Shown here piece after piece: positions 23,606-36,045 of a stretch of 64,000 nucleotides of DNA; the stretch's first letter is position 1, and every line of letters begins with the position of its first letter. The stretch comes from Felis catus (Eukaryota): positions 138,758,001 through 138,822,000 of the forward strand of contig NC_058368.1 in assembly GCF_018350175.1 (NCBI RefSeq). The letters are read 5' to 3'. A model generated the notes under the pieces. It made no database searches, had not been told where the DNA came from, and saw only the letters and a list, made by a program, of their open reading frames with translations. The position numbers were made by a program, and so were the translations under genes.

Positions 23606-24255
23606 CTATGCATTCTTTATATAGTGTAGAGATGAGTCTGTCCGAAGCTTAGAGCATCCCAAAGAAAGACCTTCCTCAAAAACACCATCAAAATTTTGTA
23701 GCTGACTTCCCCATCAGCAATGACTATATTAGGCCATGATCTATACTATGACAAATTCAAATTTTGCACCCGGTTTCTGTTTTCAAATCAAAAGTGTATT
23801 AGTGCTATTTGAATCTACAAATGCTGCAAATTATCATATTGTATTTTTATATTTTTATTTATATTTTATACTTATTTATATACTTGTATTTTATATATTA
23901 TATTTTTAAAGGGGTTAAGCTCCATCACTCGCCTCTCAGAATTCATAAGCTTGAAGGGGTCCTTCAACCCAGATGACACATGATTATACCAATGTTTGGC
24001 AATTGACTAGCTTCAGGATGATTTTCAGCATGGTCAGAGACAGAGACGACGGAATCCTTTGTGCATGCATGTTGATTTTTCTTCTCTAAATTCCTTCCAG
24101 GTTTTCCCATGTGTCTTTTTAAAACTACACATTTAAGTTACCTGGGAGAATGTGGGTATCCATTTCCCCATCTGTGAAATGAGACAAGATGATTCATATG
24201 ATTCACATTGCTCAAGGATCTAAATTCTTGAGAAACTCTGCACAAGAGTCTAAAG

Positions 24256-24477
24256 CAGGGATCAGCAAATTTTTCTGTGAACGGCCAGACATTAAACATT
24301 TTAGCCTGGGTGGCCATAGGATCTCTGTAGTAACAACTCAAAAGTGCCATTGTAACGCAAAAGTCACCATAGACAGTACAGAAGCAAATGAAGATGACTG
24401 TGTTCCGGTGAAGTTTCATTTACAAATCTGGGTGGTGTGCTAAGTTTGACTTTGGGGCCGTAGTTTGCCAATGTCGG
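24256..24477. mobile_element. hAT-Charlie MITE MER58A
   Basis: cagggatcagcaaatttttctgtgaacggccagac...ggccgtagtttgcca; 8 bp TSD gtctaaag/gtctaaga. Confidence 0.88.
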
Positions 24478-24620
24478 GTCTAAGAAAACAAGATTTTATT
24501 CTATATCACTATGCCACCCTACCTGTCCCTGTGTCCAGGCTGATTTTGTGAAATGACCCACAACCATTCAGCAATCAGTGGAGGTAGGAATTCCTGTTGC
24601 CTATGTATATAACATACACC

Positions 24621-24635
24621 ACACACACACACACA

Positions 24636-24689
<54 letters not shown>
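24621..24689. repeat. (AC)n microsatellite with one interruption
   Basis: Read directly. Confidence 0.98.
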
Positions 24690-24690
<1 letters not shown>

Positions 24691-24887
24691 CTGGATGGCT
24701 AGGAGCCAAACCTGAAAAGCAAATGTCTTCTGTTTTGCTTTTACATCAATCTATTTCTGACTTTCAGGATAAGTGGAAGCCTACATTTTTGTTCACCGTG
24801 TTTTGTAATGAGACTCAATTTTTCCATCTCTGGGGCTAAATTTGCCAACAGCTCTACCAATACAGTTAATAAGGGAAGTGCTACTGT

Positions 24888-25047
24888 TTCCTCCTCAAAG
24901 CGCTGTCCCCAGGCCAGCAGCTTTGGCATCATCTGGGAGCTTGTTAGAGACGCCAACTCTGGGGCCCCACTCCAGATCTACTGAATCAGAATCTGCATTT
25001 GACCAGACCCCAGGTGACTCCTAGGAACATCCCATTTGAGACGCACC
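24888..25047. mobile_element. hAT-Charlie MITE, MER5A1-like
   Basis: ctgggagcttgttagag...ggccccactccagatctactgaatcagaatctgcattt...ccccaggtgactc. Confidence 0.85.
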
Positions 25048-25058
25048 ACCATTTGTGA

Positions 25059-25505
25059 TGTCTTAGTCAAGGTCTTGCCGATAAAGAGACCTCAGCCACC
25101 ATGAGTGGAACAAAAGGAGCGGTGCATTGAAGGGACCCCCTGGGAAAGTGGGGCCAGAGAGCAGAACTCACGGGGATGGAGAGGAATTTTGGACCAGCAA
25201 CAGCTGCCACTCTTACAATCCCTGGGGCTGAGGGAACATGAAGGAGAAATAGTGCTATTTGAGTCCATTCTGCACTAGAACCATTGAGGAGAAGCTGCCC
25301 AGGGGAGCTGACTTCAAAGAGGAAGCAGCCCAACTCTGGAGACATCACCAAAGTAGGGAGAGATACTTCCGCCTTTCCTCCTGTTCTTGGTCAAACCCAA
25401 CCAGAAGACGGAGCGCAAGAGAGCCCGGAAGGCACGGTCCCCAAGGTCAGGCGCCCAGGGCACAGAGCTGACAATGAGAGAAGGCAGCATAGAATAACCA
25501 GTGCA
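25059..25505 (-). mobile_element. ERVL LTR, LTR33/LTR41-like
   Basis: TG...CA ends (tgtcttagtcaaggtc ... agaataaccagtgca); caaacccaaccagaagacggagcgcaagagagcc motif. Confidence 0.6.
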
Positions 25506-25931
25506 GCTAGAGAGCTCTTCCAGTGGGGTTCCCTTGCCCCATGGGGCTCTAAGCTGGTTTCTCTCCGGCTGGTGGCTGCCATCTGCCATTGCCTGCCTCA
25601 TCGGTAGTTCTGTGTCCTTAGTTAACGCTATAATATTGGCTTTTCCTTTCATCTGGAATTCAAAACTGTACAAGTATTATTGCCGAAACCAAAATATCAC
25701 TTAAAAAAACTTTATCTCCACATCACCTCGAGAAAACTATACCTCCACACTGTTTTTCACTGTCACCCCCACATCCCAATAAAATTAAGTCAAGCCTGAT
25801 TTATGCCAGATGATAGGAAGTACTTCCTGCTTTCGCCAACAAGACGTTTGGCTCAGAGAAGCTTCCTTCCCTCTCCTACCTGCAGCAAATTCCTGGAGAT
25901 AGCTTTCAAACAAGACTTCACTTCGTTTCTT

Positions 25932-26159
25932 TTTTTTGTAAATTTTTTTTTCCCCAATGTTTTTCTTTATTTTGGGGACAGAGAGAGACAGAGCATGAAC
26001 GGGGGAGGGGCAGAGAGAGAGGGAGACACAGCATCGGAAACAGGCTCCAGGCTCCGAGCCATCTGCCCAGAGCCCGACGCGGGGCTCGAACCCCCGGACC
26101 GCGAGATCGTGACCTGGCTGAAGTTGGACGCTTAACCGACTGCGCCACCCAGGCGCCCC
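25932..26159 (-). mobile_element. Young felid CanSINE
   Basis: TSD tcacttcgtttctt at 25918-25931 and 26160-26173. Confidence 0.97.
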
Positions 26160-26259
26160 TCACTTCGTTTCTTGATATACACAGTGGATCTCATTATTTC
26201 TTAGCAAAAGATAAGAATTAATAGTGTTGAAAAGAGTAAAAGAAGGAGGCAATAGATAG

Positions 26260-26470
26260 ACTTAGAAGGAAGAGTCTGCCTCTTAGTCACCCTGTCCTTG
26301 GGCAAATAACTTATTTGAGATTGAATACATAAAATGGAGATACCATGTATATTATGGATAATGATACTACCTATCTTACATGTTTGAAAAGAATAGCAAT
26401 GCCTCATACAGTTGAAATGAGATGATGCAGAAAAAGCACTTAGCTGCCCGATTAGCTGTAATTATTATTA
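26260..26470 (+). mobile_element. MIR
   Basis: ccttgggcaaataactta...taaaatggagata...aaatgagatgatgcagaaaaagcacttag. Confidence 0.6.
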
Positions 26471-26972
26471 CTCCTCATATTGAGCAACATCTCAAATGCT
26501 GCTAGAGGAGTTTCCCATCACCCAAACCCAACCTCCACTTGGGTCATTGAGAAAGGGCCAAATACGTAATCTTTACTCAGGGACAGTGTATCTACCACTA
26601 TTACTATCATGCCAATCTGAGTCATATGGACAACTTTGAAAGAAACCAGAGGACCCGCTTCCTGTCTCTCCTGGAAGTGATAACAAGAGCCCTGGAGTGG
26701 GATCTCCCTTGTCCCAGCCTTCTGGCCTCAGTGGATCCACTGCGTCTTCGGGGGCAAGGTATCTATCAGGTGGAAGCACAATGCCCAGTCCCCACCTAGG
26801 CCACTCGGGCCATCTCAAAGAGAAAGAGTAAGCACTACATGACTGTCTGTTTTCCTTGGGGCCCCATTCGTTTTCTACTAGGAAAGTCTTTTCTGTATAG
26901 GAATTGAGAAATGTTGCCAGAAAAGAAAATGGCAGTCGGGGAGGATGCCTTCACACGCTCCCTGTATTTTCT

Positions 26973-27202
26973 TTTTTTTTTTTTTTTTTAATTTTTTTTT
27001 TTCCAACGTTTATTTATTTTCGGGACAGAGAGAGAGCATGAACGGGGGAGGGGCAGAGAGAGAGGGAGACACAGAATCGGAAACAGGCTCCAGGCTCCGA
27101 GCCATCAGCCCAGAGCCCAACGCGGGGCTCGAACTCACGGACCGCGAGATCGTGACCTGGCTGAAGTCGGACGTTTAACCGACTGCGCCACCCAGGCACC
27201 CC
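26973..27202 (-). mobile_element. Young felid CanSINE
   Basis: TSD tccctgtattttct at 26959-26972 and 27203-27216. Confidence 0.97.
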
Positions 27203-27554
27203 TCCCTGTATTTTCTATTTTCAAATGACGCTTACCATCCATTAGGCCAACTCCTTACACCACCCTCTACCTCTCCCATTATATATTATTGTAGCCACCT
27301 ATAATCCTCGCCTAAAGACATGACAACAAACCAGGACAGATAATTTTATTTGGCATTTTGTTTTGGCCCCTTTGGATGACACGAAAGGCAGACAAAGCAG
27401 CACTCAGGGTGCATGCATTACAAAACAAAGATAAAAGGGAAGAAGGATGGAAGGAGGAAAACAAGGAGGGAGAAAGGAAGAATACTATGAAATAGTTACT
27501 ATTTGATATTTTAAACAGTTCTGAATTAATCATTAGGGAGAAATGCAAAATACC

Positions 27555-28314
27555 TATATATGTAATCTATTGTCATATCAGCTAACAGTGTATACAGAGT
27601 GCTCTTGGTTTCAGGAGTAGATTCCGGTGATTCATCGCTTACATACAACACGCGGTGCTCATCCCAACAAGTGCCCTCCTCAGTGCCCATCACCCATTCC
27701 CCCCCCCATTAACCCCAGTTTGTTCTCTGTATTTAAGAGTCTCTTATGGTTTGCCTCTCTCTCTGTTGAAAATTTTTCCCCCTTCCCTTCCCCCATGGTC
27801 TTCTATTAAATTTCTCAAGTTCCACATATGAGTGAAAACATAGGATATCTGTCTTTCTCTGCCTGATTTATTTCACTTAGCATAATACTCTCCAGTTCCA
27901 ACCACGTTGTGGCAAATGGCAGGATTTCCTTCTTTCTCATTGCCAAGTAGTATTCCGTTGTGTATATAAACCACATCTTCTTTATCCATTCATCAGTTGT
28001 TGGACATTTGGGCTCTTTCCATAATTTGGCTATTGTTGAGAGTGCTGCTATAAACATTGGGGTACAAGTGCCCCTACGCCTCAGCACTCCTGTATCCCTT
28101 GGGTAAATCCCTAGCAGTGCTATTTCTGGGTCGTAGGATAGTTCTATTTTTAATTTTTTGAGGAACCTCCACATTGTTTTCCAGAGCGGCTGCACCAGTT
28201 TTCATTCCCACCACCAGTGCAAGAGGGTTCCCGTTTCTCCACATCCTCGCCAACATCTGTCGTTTCCGGAGTTGTAAATTTTAGCCACTCTGATTGGTGT
28301 GAGGTGGTATCTCA
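27555..28314 (-). mobile_element. Feliform/carnivore L1, 5'-truncated (ORF2 C-terminus plus 3' UTR)
   Basis: ORF 27815-28195 ([45 protein letters not shown]) is L1 ORF2; the upstream CCHC motif is broken by a TGA. Confidence 0.96.
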
Positions 28315-29124
28315 ATCTGGCGTTATTTTTATTTTAAACTGCACTAAAGAGATGCTTCTATTCTCGCCATACCTGCACCCCACATTATGACAAGGAACGC
28401 AACCTGGGTTGCCCTGGGAAGTCTGGGCAGATGTGATGTGACAACCCCACTGCATCTAGGTCCAGAGGGGCAAGGTGACTCCCTAGAAATCACCCAAGAA
28501 GCCTACCAAGTGCTCAGGGCATCTGGCCACCAAATCTGCGTTTATTCAACCCAAACAACAAACTCCCATTCCCAGGGTGACCAGATGGTATCTCTCTTTC
28601 AAAAGTTCCACATGACAATCGGCCACAACATCACCTAAACCAAGAGGAATCCGACTGCCTGCTTTGTTTCAATCAAAGCTCCCTTTCGGAGCGTGGCTAC
28701 CTGGAGGGCACAAACTTCCTATGTGAAGTAAAGGAGCCCAGGACAAAAGTGTCCTATCATGCGTGGGCATGAATTACAAAATCCGGGTTACCCAGCACAG
28801 CTCCAAGGTGTTACCATGGTCACCGAGTTTATTTGGTAACTTTTGTAAATACACATTCGAATCATGGAACATGTGTTCTTTCTTAGATAAGTGTGCTACA
28901 GGCACAGGAAAAAAAATTGCTCAGTAGGAGGGTGTACTTGAGTACTGTTTGAAGAAGATTTTCTCACCATTACTCAGAAAGAAGAAAGTACACAAAAATA
29001 GGAACCACGCTGATAGGTAATCTCAACAATTTTTGTGCCCCGTTTGACATTTTTAGGTGTACCTTGACCAAAAAGTGAATGCGAATCATGGCAAGGCCAG
29101 CAGGCCATAATTTCCATATTATTT

Positions 29125-29333
29125 GTTTTAATTTTTTAAATGCTTATTTATTTTGGAGAGACAGCATGAACCGGGGAGGGACAGAGAGAGAGAGGGGGAG
29201 ACACAGAATATGAAGCAGGCTCTAGGCTCTGAGCTGTCAGCCCAGAGCCCGATGCGGGGCTCAAACCCACGAACTGTGAAATCATGACCTGAGCTGCAGT
29301 CAGATGCTTAACCGACTGAGCCCCCCGGGCACC
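29125..29333 (-). mobile_element. CanSINE
   Basis: Full body; TSD-like ccatattattt / ccatactattt. Confidence 0.92.
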
Positions 29334-29340
29334 ATACTAT

Positions 29341-29857
29341 TTTTTAAATATTTTTTTTGTGAAAAGATATACATTAATTTTACCATTTTAAGCATTTTGA
29401 AGCATTAAGTACATGGGTATCGTACAACCATCACCACATCCCATCTCCACAGATTTGTCAGCTTCCCAAACTGCAACTGTGTACCCTTAAAACGATAGCT
29501 CCCCGTTCCCCTCACTCACCCTCAAGCCCCTGATAACCACCATTCTACTTTCTATGAATTTGACTCTTGCAGGTGTCTCCTAGGAATGGAATCCTACAAT
29601 AATTATCCTTCTGTGCCTGGTTTCTTTGACTTAGCGGAAGGTGTTTAAGGTTGAACCACATCGTAGTATGTATCAGAATTCACTTTTTAAGGAAGAGTGA
29701 TGTTCTATTGAGTGCATGTGCCGCATTTTGTGTACCCATCTACCGGTAGACATTTTGGTTGTTTACACATTTGGCTATTGTGAAGAAATCCGCTGTGAAC
29801 ATAGGTATACAGATATCTGTGCCAGTCCCTACTTGCAATTCTTAGGGTTATATGCCC
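29341..29857 (-). mobile_element. L1MB-like 3' end
   Basis: caaccatcaccac...aaccaccattctactttctatgaatttgactc...ttggctattgtga...gctgtgaacat. Confidence 0.8.
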
Positions 29858-29938
29858 TCCATTTGATTTTAATTATTTTTACCAAAAATGTCTTCGTCTA
29901 TCAGAGAAGGCCATTGCTTCAATCTAGCATGTGTCTTT

Positions 29939-30161
29939 TTTTTTTAATTTTTTTTTTAACGTTTTATTTATTTTTGAGACAGAGAGAGACAGAGCATGAA
30001 TGGGGGAGGGGCAGAGAGAGAGGGAGACACAGAATCGGAAGCAGGCTCCAGGCTCTGAGCCATCAGCCCAGAGCCCGACGCGGGGCTCGAACTCACGGAC
30101 CGTGAGATCATGACCTGAGCTGAAGTCGGCCGCTTAACCGACTGAGCCACCCAGGCGCCCC
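29939..30161 (-). mobile_element. Felid CanSINE (intermediate type)
   Basis: TSD ctagcatgtgtcttt / cttgtgtgtgtcttt; the ca versus tg difference fits independent decay of one CpG. Confidence 0.96.
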
Positions 30162-31299
30162 TTGTGTGTGTCTTTGAAAGAGCCATCATTAGCTTGGTGA
30201 GAGAGGAGGTAGGAAGCTCTTCCTCACCATCAGCTAACTCTACCCACCCTGGCAAGCAGCAGAGTGACAGAAGTGGCCTGGGGACTTCTTTGGAAAAGAT
30301 TGAAGTTCTCTTCACCATGAAAGTGTACGGTGTGACCTACCAAACAGTCATTTGATAGCAGGAGAAAAAAAGGCCGGGCTGGGTAGACCAGGAAGTCTCA
30401 GGTGGGCGCCCTGGGTGGTTGGTGCTGAAAGGGAAAGTGCTAGAAAGAGCCGAGTGGAGTTTCCTTGATAAAGTCATCCAGGACAGAGAGGGGGGGGAGA
30501 AAAGAAAGGAGCAAGAGTGACGAACAGACCCTCTGCAGCATCCAGAGGCACAGGAATCCAAGAAGGGCAGATTGAGAATACGCAAAAGTATGAAATGTAC
30601 CTGCAGCCTTTCAAGCATTGTCAAGGGCAGAGACGGAAGATAGGAAGCCAAATCCCTGGTGAGACCCCGGTGATGGAGAAGGTAACTCTCACTGGAACTC
30701 AGCCGAAGGCTCACAGAAGGTGCAACTGGGGTCTGAACAGAAAAGACTTACTTGCTCCAGAGATCAAAGAAGGTCTGAAGGCTGGGCCCAGGCCCAGGCC
30801 CAGGCCAAAGAGCAGAAGTCGAGGGGCAGTCTCCAGAAGGTCTGACCCCAAGAAACCCAACACAGAGCATGAAGAGGAATGAGTAAACGTAGGGATTATA
30901 TAGCGCTTCCAACACATTATCAGGGCGTATGAGTTAAACAAGAGCTGGCGAAGATCTTTCTTGGATGGGTCCCCTCAGAAGGCCTCACAGCCCACTCTGC
31001 TTGAATCACCCACAGAAGCCAACTATTCATGCCAGACTTGATCAGACCACAGTGTGAGGGAAGAAAATGGCTGGACCCAAGGAACGTGGGGATAAAAAGA
31101 TGCTTCCTCACATTCCCTCACAACCCTTTCAGTTGGTATCACCAGAGTGTGACCTCCAGTTTTTTAGCAGGCCAGAAATGGCAGATACACTTCCTTTGAT
31201 CCATCCCACCCTCTTGATCCATTTGAAAATTCCTTACCTGGCCCTGATGTCACCTGTTCAGTCAACCAGTGGTTGTGTTCTTACTCCCATGCCAGCCAC

Positions 31300-32044
31300 C
31301 GTGCCCACTGTTGCTGCTGTAACACGTTACAAACTTACTGACCTAAAACAACACAACTCTATCGTGTTAGCACATCAGAGATCAGAAGTCCAAAAATGGG
31401 GGGCGCCTGGGTGGCGCAGTCGGTTAAGCGTCCGACTTCAGCCAGGTCACGATCTCGCGGTCCGTGAGTTCGAGCCCCGCGTCGGGCTCTGGGCTGATGG
31501 CTCGGAGCCTGGAACCTGTTTCCGATTCTGTGTCTCCCTCTCTCTCTGCCCCTCCCCCGTTCATGCTCTGTCTCTCTCTGTCCCAAAAATAAATAAAAAC
31601 GTTGAAAAAAAAAATTTAAAAAAAAAAAAAAAAAGTCCAAAAATGGGCCTGGGGGACTATAATGCAGGTATTAGTAAGGCTACAACCTTTCTGGACACTC
31701 TAGCAGAGAATCCATTCCTTGCCGCCTTCAGTTTCTGGAGCCCATGGGCTTCTCTGGCTCAGGGGCTTATGCCCTGCTTCCTCCAATGGCATCACACTGA
31801 CCTGTGCTGCCTTCTGGTGTCACATCTCCCTCTCTCTGACTCTGACACTCCTGCCTTTTCCTGACAAGAACCTGCGATGACGTTGAGCACGCCTGGCCAA
31901 TCGAAGATCGTCTCTAATCTCCGATCCTTAACTCAATCAGATCTGTAAAGTCCCTCAGCCATGTAAAAGCACACATTCACAAGTTCCAGACATTAGGATG
32001 TCGATCTCTTTTGGAGGGCGGGGGACGTTACTCTGCCTGCCACA
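31300..32044 (-). mobile_element. MaLR LTR, MLT1D-like, split by a SINE
   Basis: ttgctgctgtaac...ctaaaacaacac...tcagaagtcc | ...gagaatccattccttgcc...atccttaactcaatcagatctgtaaagtccc...ctgcctgccaca. Confidence 0.85.
31400..31632 (+). mobile_element. Young felid CanSINE
   Basis: Almost consensus with a long A-tail; TSD aagtccaaaaatgg at 31386-31399 and 31633-31646. Confidence 0.98.
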
Positions 32045-32620
32045 GAGTTGATTCCTACAAAACTACAAGTCCTTGGGTGAGCAGTTCATATCATCCCTAT
32101 CCTTGTGAAAAGACTACCCTCCTTTTTCCTTTATCTTCTTTTATGGGGAAAAAGGACTCACACATAGGTCCTTCTGTTTGAAAACTTGCCGCAAATGATC
32201 TAAATTACATGATAAAATCCTTGTGGATACCGTCCGCAAACATCAGACATCTGCAAAGCCAATGTTCCTTTTACCACATACGGTTCCTCCGACCTGTCCT
32301 TCCAGCTCTGATTCTCCACATGCTGGTTTTGTCAAATTCCGGTCTCACCATCCTTCTCCCTTAAGGTGTTAAAACTCGTGAATCCCCTGAGCAGACTTAG
32401 CTTTTCATGAACCGATAAAACAGATGTTAGTCGATTTCATTTCATAAATTGGGCACAAGGATGGAATTTAGAATTACTTCCTGAAGTTGTTTATTGGCAC
32501 CTATAAAATCGTAAACTGAAAGTCTTAAGTTTCTAATATATTAATTAGTATGTTTCTATGATTATGCTGGGGGTGGGGAAACAGGGAGAGAAAAATTATA
32601 ACCCAGCCGCTACCGGAACC

Positions 32621-32690
32621 ACTTTGCCCACAGTCACAGAGTTATTAATGGTATAACTTTGCCCACAGTCACAGAGTTATTAATGGTATA
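32621..32690. repeat. Perfect 35 bp tandem duplication within a minus-strand MIR fragment (about 32621-32752)
   Basis: actttgcccacagtcacagagttattaatggtata twice. Confidence 0.95.
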
Positions 32691-33411
32691 ACCCAGACAA
32701 AAACCTCAGCCTCTGGACTCCAGACCCAGTGCTCTTCATGCTAGCCACGCTATCTTTTCTATGCCGTTCTTCCCTTCGAGATAGAAAATTTGGTAGGAAT
32801 TCGCTTTCAGATAAATACCGAGTGGAAATACTTGTCCTGCTTTTCTCGTTCATTGAAAACTTCCCACCGATAGAAATAATTGGTGTTCCATAAAGGGTCC
32901 TTCCTGTTGGTTGCTGTCTGACTCTGTGAAATCTAAACAAGTCTCAACAAGAAGACAGAGTATATGTAATCAATATACCTTGGCTCCTGTTCAGAACGGC
33001 CATGCGTCTGGCACTTGATATCTTTACAGAAAATGGATATTGGAAAGTAAGGTCGCACTTCATTTAAAAGCAGAACAACAGATGTAGGGGTGATGGTGTC
33101 AGTGAGATCAGTTACGTGTCTGATGAAAGTCTGTGAATCTCAAATAATGACAATATGGCGATCCTTTTGTTTCTCTCTAGAATTCCCCGGAGCAGCTCTG
33201 CCAGGCCCCCCTCCCCCTCCCAGTCTTGCCCTCAGTGCCAGATGGCCAAAGCCACTACCTTGTGGAGGCGATCAAGGCCAGCCCCCACCCACAACCTTGA
33301 CATTCCTCCTCACCACCTCAGAATCACTCTTCCCTTCACTCGGTTTCTCTTCCTTCCCCCTCAGCTATCGTCCCCTCATCTTTGTTCAACGGGCTGCTTC
33401 CTCTGGATCTA

Positions 33412-33900
33412 CTGACACCTTAAAATCCAAAGGCCGCAGCATGGTGGGAAACTCGCAAGATGTCTCCCGCCTCCACACTACTAGACTCCTTGTGCCCTCC
33501 GATCCAGCGTTACAACTCACTGACATCTCGCCATTCCTTTGCACGCTCGGTTTTCTCTGCCTGCAAGGTATTCCTCCATCCGTTGCCTACAGAACTCCTA
33601 GTCATCCTTCCAAGTCCAGCTCAGCCTCAAACCCTGTGATGCTGTTCCCAGCCACTGGCCCTCTCCGGGAAAGATGAATACTTCTTGCCCTGTGTGGCAA
33701 GAGCCTCAAACTCTCCCTCCCCAAAGCTCTTACCCCACAACGTCAGCATTATCTGTCCACATCTCTGTCTCCCTCAAAAAGTTCACAGACTGAGAGCTCT
33801 CGAAGGGCAGAGACTGCTCCTTTGATCTCGAAGTCTCCAGCACTTATCACAATCCTTGATACGTAACACATATCCGATGAATGTTTGTTGAGTGATTGAA
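33412..33900 (+). mobile_element. L2 3' region
   Basis: cctttgcacgc...aactcctagtcatccttc...agactgagagctctcgaagggcagagac...atgtttgttgagtgattgaa. Confidence 0.8.
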
Positions 33901-33934
33901 AGACTGCTCAAGTCTTTGCATTAAAGGAAATACA

Positions 33935-34163
33935 GGGGCGCCTGGGTGGTGCAGTCGGTTAAGCGTCCGACTTCGCCCAGGTCACGATCTCGCGGTCCGT
34001 GAGTTCGAGCCCCGCGTCGGGCTCTGGCCTGATGGCTCGGAGCCTGGAGCCTGTTTCAGACTCTGTGCCTCCCTCTCTCTCTGACCCTCCCCCGTTCATG
34101 CTCTGTCTCTCTCTGTCCCAAAAATAAATTAAAAAACGTTGAAAAAAAATTAAAAAAAAAAAA
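33935..34163 (+). mobile_element. Young felid CanSINE (variant)
   Basis: Full body and A-tail; TSD only weak. Confidence 0.95.
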
Positions 34164-34900
34164 AGAAATAAAGCTATCGCCCTGCTGCCTTCTGGAACCT
34201 CTCTCTACGCCTGGATCTCTGCTTTCCTTCTCCCTAAACTTCTCCTTACTCGGTCCCCACCCCTCTGCAAGTGGATTTCTGGTGCCACCTGGATTGCTTT
34301 CCTGATGTTACATTATTTCCCAATCACCCTAGTCAATATGCACGGTCAATACGGGCTGCTACGCATTTCCACTCCCTGCCCCTCTGTGGCATCTGATGCC
34401 TTGACGTTCCTGCCTTTTGTGTCACGGCCTTCTCCGAGTTTATTTTTAAGTCTCGAGTTCACCGCCCGCCCCCACCACCACCCTTTCCAGCTTCCCATAC
34501 AGCCTCTTTGTCTGGGCAGCATTCTCCTTTCCAAGTCTCCCGCTGCCGACTCCATAAAGCTCCCAGCCCCAGTCACTCTCCGGAACCCCAGTGTAGACAG
34601 CCTGGGAACATATGTGAATTGAAACAAGCCTCCCCCTCAACAGATTCTGGAAGCTAGATGGTCATTAAATGAGGTAATGGCTTATGTATGCACTTAGCAG
34701 AGGGCCTTAGACACTTAGTGAGCCTTGTCCTCCTCCCCCTGGACAAGCTGGGCTCCAAACTGGCCACCCTGTTCCCTCCTCTCTTCCCTTTAATTCACTC
34801 TGAGCACCACTGCTGTCAGGATATGTTTAATGCAGTGTCAAAAGCCTCCAATGTGCTGCCTCCAGCACTTACAGAAAAGAAGGTTTAAATAAATAAAAAT

Positions 34901-35140
34901 AGGAGCGCCTGGAGGGCTCAGTCGGTGCAGCATCTGACTTTGGCTCAGGTCATGATCTCACGGTCTGTGGGTTCGAGCCCCATGTCAGGCTCTGTGCCAA
35001 CAGATCAGAGCCTGGAGCCTGCTTCGGATTCTGTGTGTGTCTCTCTCTCTGCCCTTTTCCCCCCTTACACTCTGTCTCTCTCTCTCTCTCAAAAATAAAA
35101 AACATGAAAAAAGAAGAAATAATAAAAAAGAAGAAAAATA
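34901..35140 (+). mobile_element. CanSINE
   Basis: ggagcgcctggagggctcagtcgg...ctcaaaaataaa. Confidence 0.92.
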
Positions 35141-35274
35141 CAAAAGAAGGTTTCCCAAATGTCCATGAAGGGAAAATGAGAAAGATGAAGGCAGCGTTGT
35201 GAGCTTCCCACCACATTACATTTCTTCAACTTAGGCGATTATATATTCCCGCCTTCTAAAAAATGTCCTTTCTA

Positions 35275-35486
35275 GGGGCGCCTGGAACGTCCGACTTCGG
35301 CTCAGGTCATGATCTCGCGATCCGTGGGTTCGAGCCCCGCATCGGGTTCTGTGCTGACAGCTCAGAGCCTGGAGCCTGTTTCAGATTCTGTGTCTCCCTC
35401 TCTCTCTGCCCCTCCCCTGTTCATGCTCTGTCTCTCTGTCTCAAAAATAAATAAACGTTAAAAAAAAGTTTAAAAAAAAATTTAAA
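35275..35486 (+). mobile_element. CanSINE with about 16 nt missing across the A box
   Basis: Head reads ggggcgcctggaacgtccg; TSD aaaaaatgtcctttcta at 35258-35274 and 35487-35503. Confidence 0.95.
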
Positions 35487-35992
35487 AAAAAATGTCCTTT
35501 CTATAATGAAACAGTGGCCATTTTCCCTTATTTCAGTATCCTTATTGGGAAATGCACTTTTGTGTTTTGGAAATCAGATCAGCTAGCCTGTTCGGGACAT
35601 CTACCTGTGGTCTCTGGCTTCTTACCAGGTCAAATGAAGAGTTTACTATCACAGCATTTTAAAAGTGAAAATACAGAGACGAAAAGATGTTGATAATGGT
35701 AAACACCACGTGAGATGTCTGCAGCCCTCAGTTTCTTCCCGAGAAAGTGGGCTTCATCATAAAACCGAAAACTCAAGGGTTGGAATTTTTTTTCTGCCGT
35801 GAGTTGCCTCCTGTTTTATATTTGGAAACAATGCATTCAGTAAGAAATGAGATTTCCTTGACTCTCGTGTCCATAAAGAGGGCGCAAATGTCCAAATACC
35901 AAGAGCTTTTTTTATTTATTCACACCTTCCAGTTTCTTAACGATTATTTGTCTTTAGTTTTGTAGACACACACATACTAACAGTGACTGTCA

Positions 35993-35993
<1 letters not shown>

Positions 35994-36042
<49 letters not shown>
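35994..36042. repeat. (CA)24 microsatellite
   Basis: Read directly. Confidence 0.98.

Positions 36043-36045
<3 letters not shown>

Noticed and set aside
25095..25130. GCCACCATG Kozak-like start
   Set aside because: Opens only 9 codons and lies in an LTR relic.
27815..28195. 126 aa ORF as a host gene
   Set aside because: It is the C-terminus of L1 ORF2 in a truncated copy with an upstream stop.
31067..31864. Longest ORF (265 aa)
   Set aside because: Runs through an MLT1 LTR, a SINE and its A-tail; a chance open frame.
32621..32690. 35 bp direct repeats as a CRISPR-like array
   Set aside because: Two adjacent copies, no spacer, inside a MIR in mammalian DNA.
33090..33677. 195 aa ORF
   Set aside because: Pro/Ser/Leu-rich translation of pyrimidine-rich, partly L2-derived DNA; GTG start.
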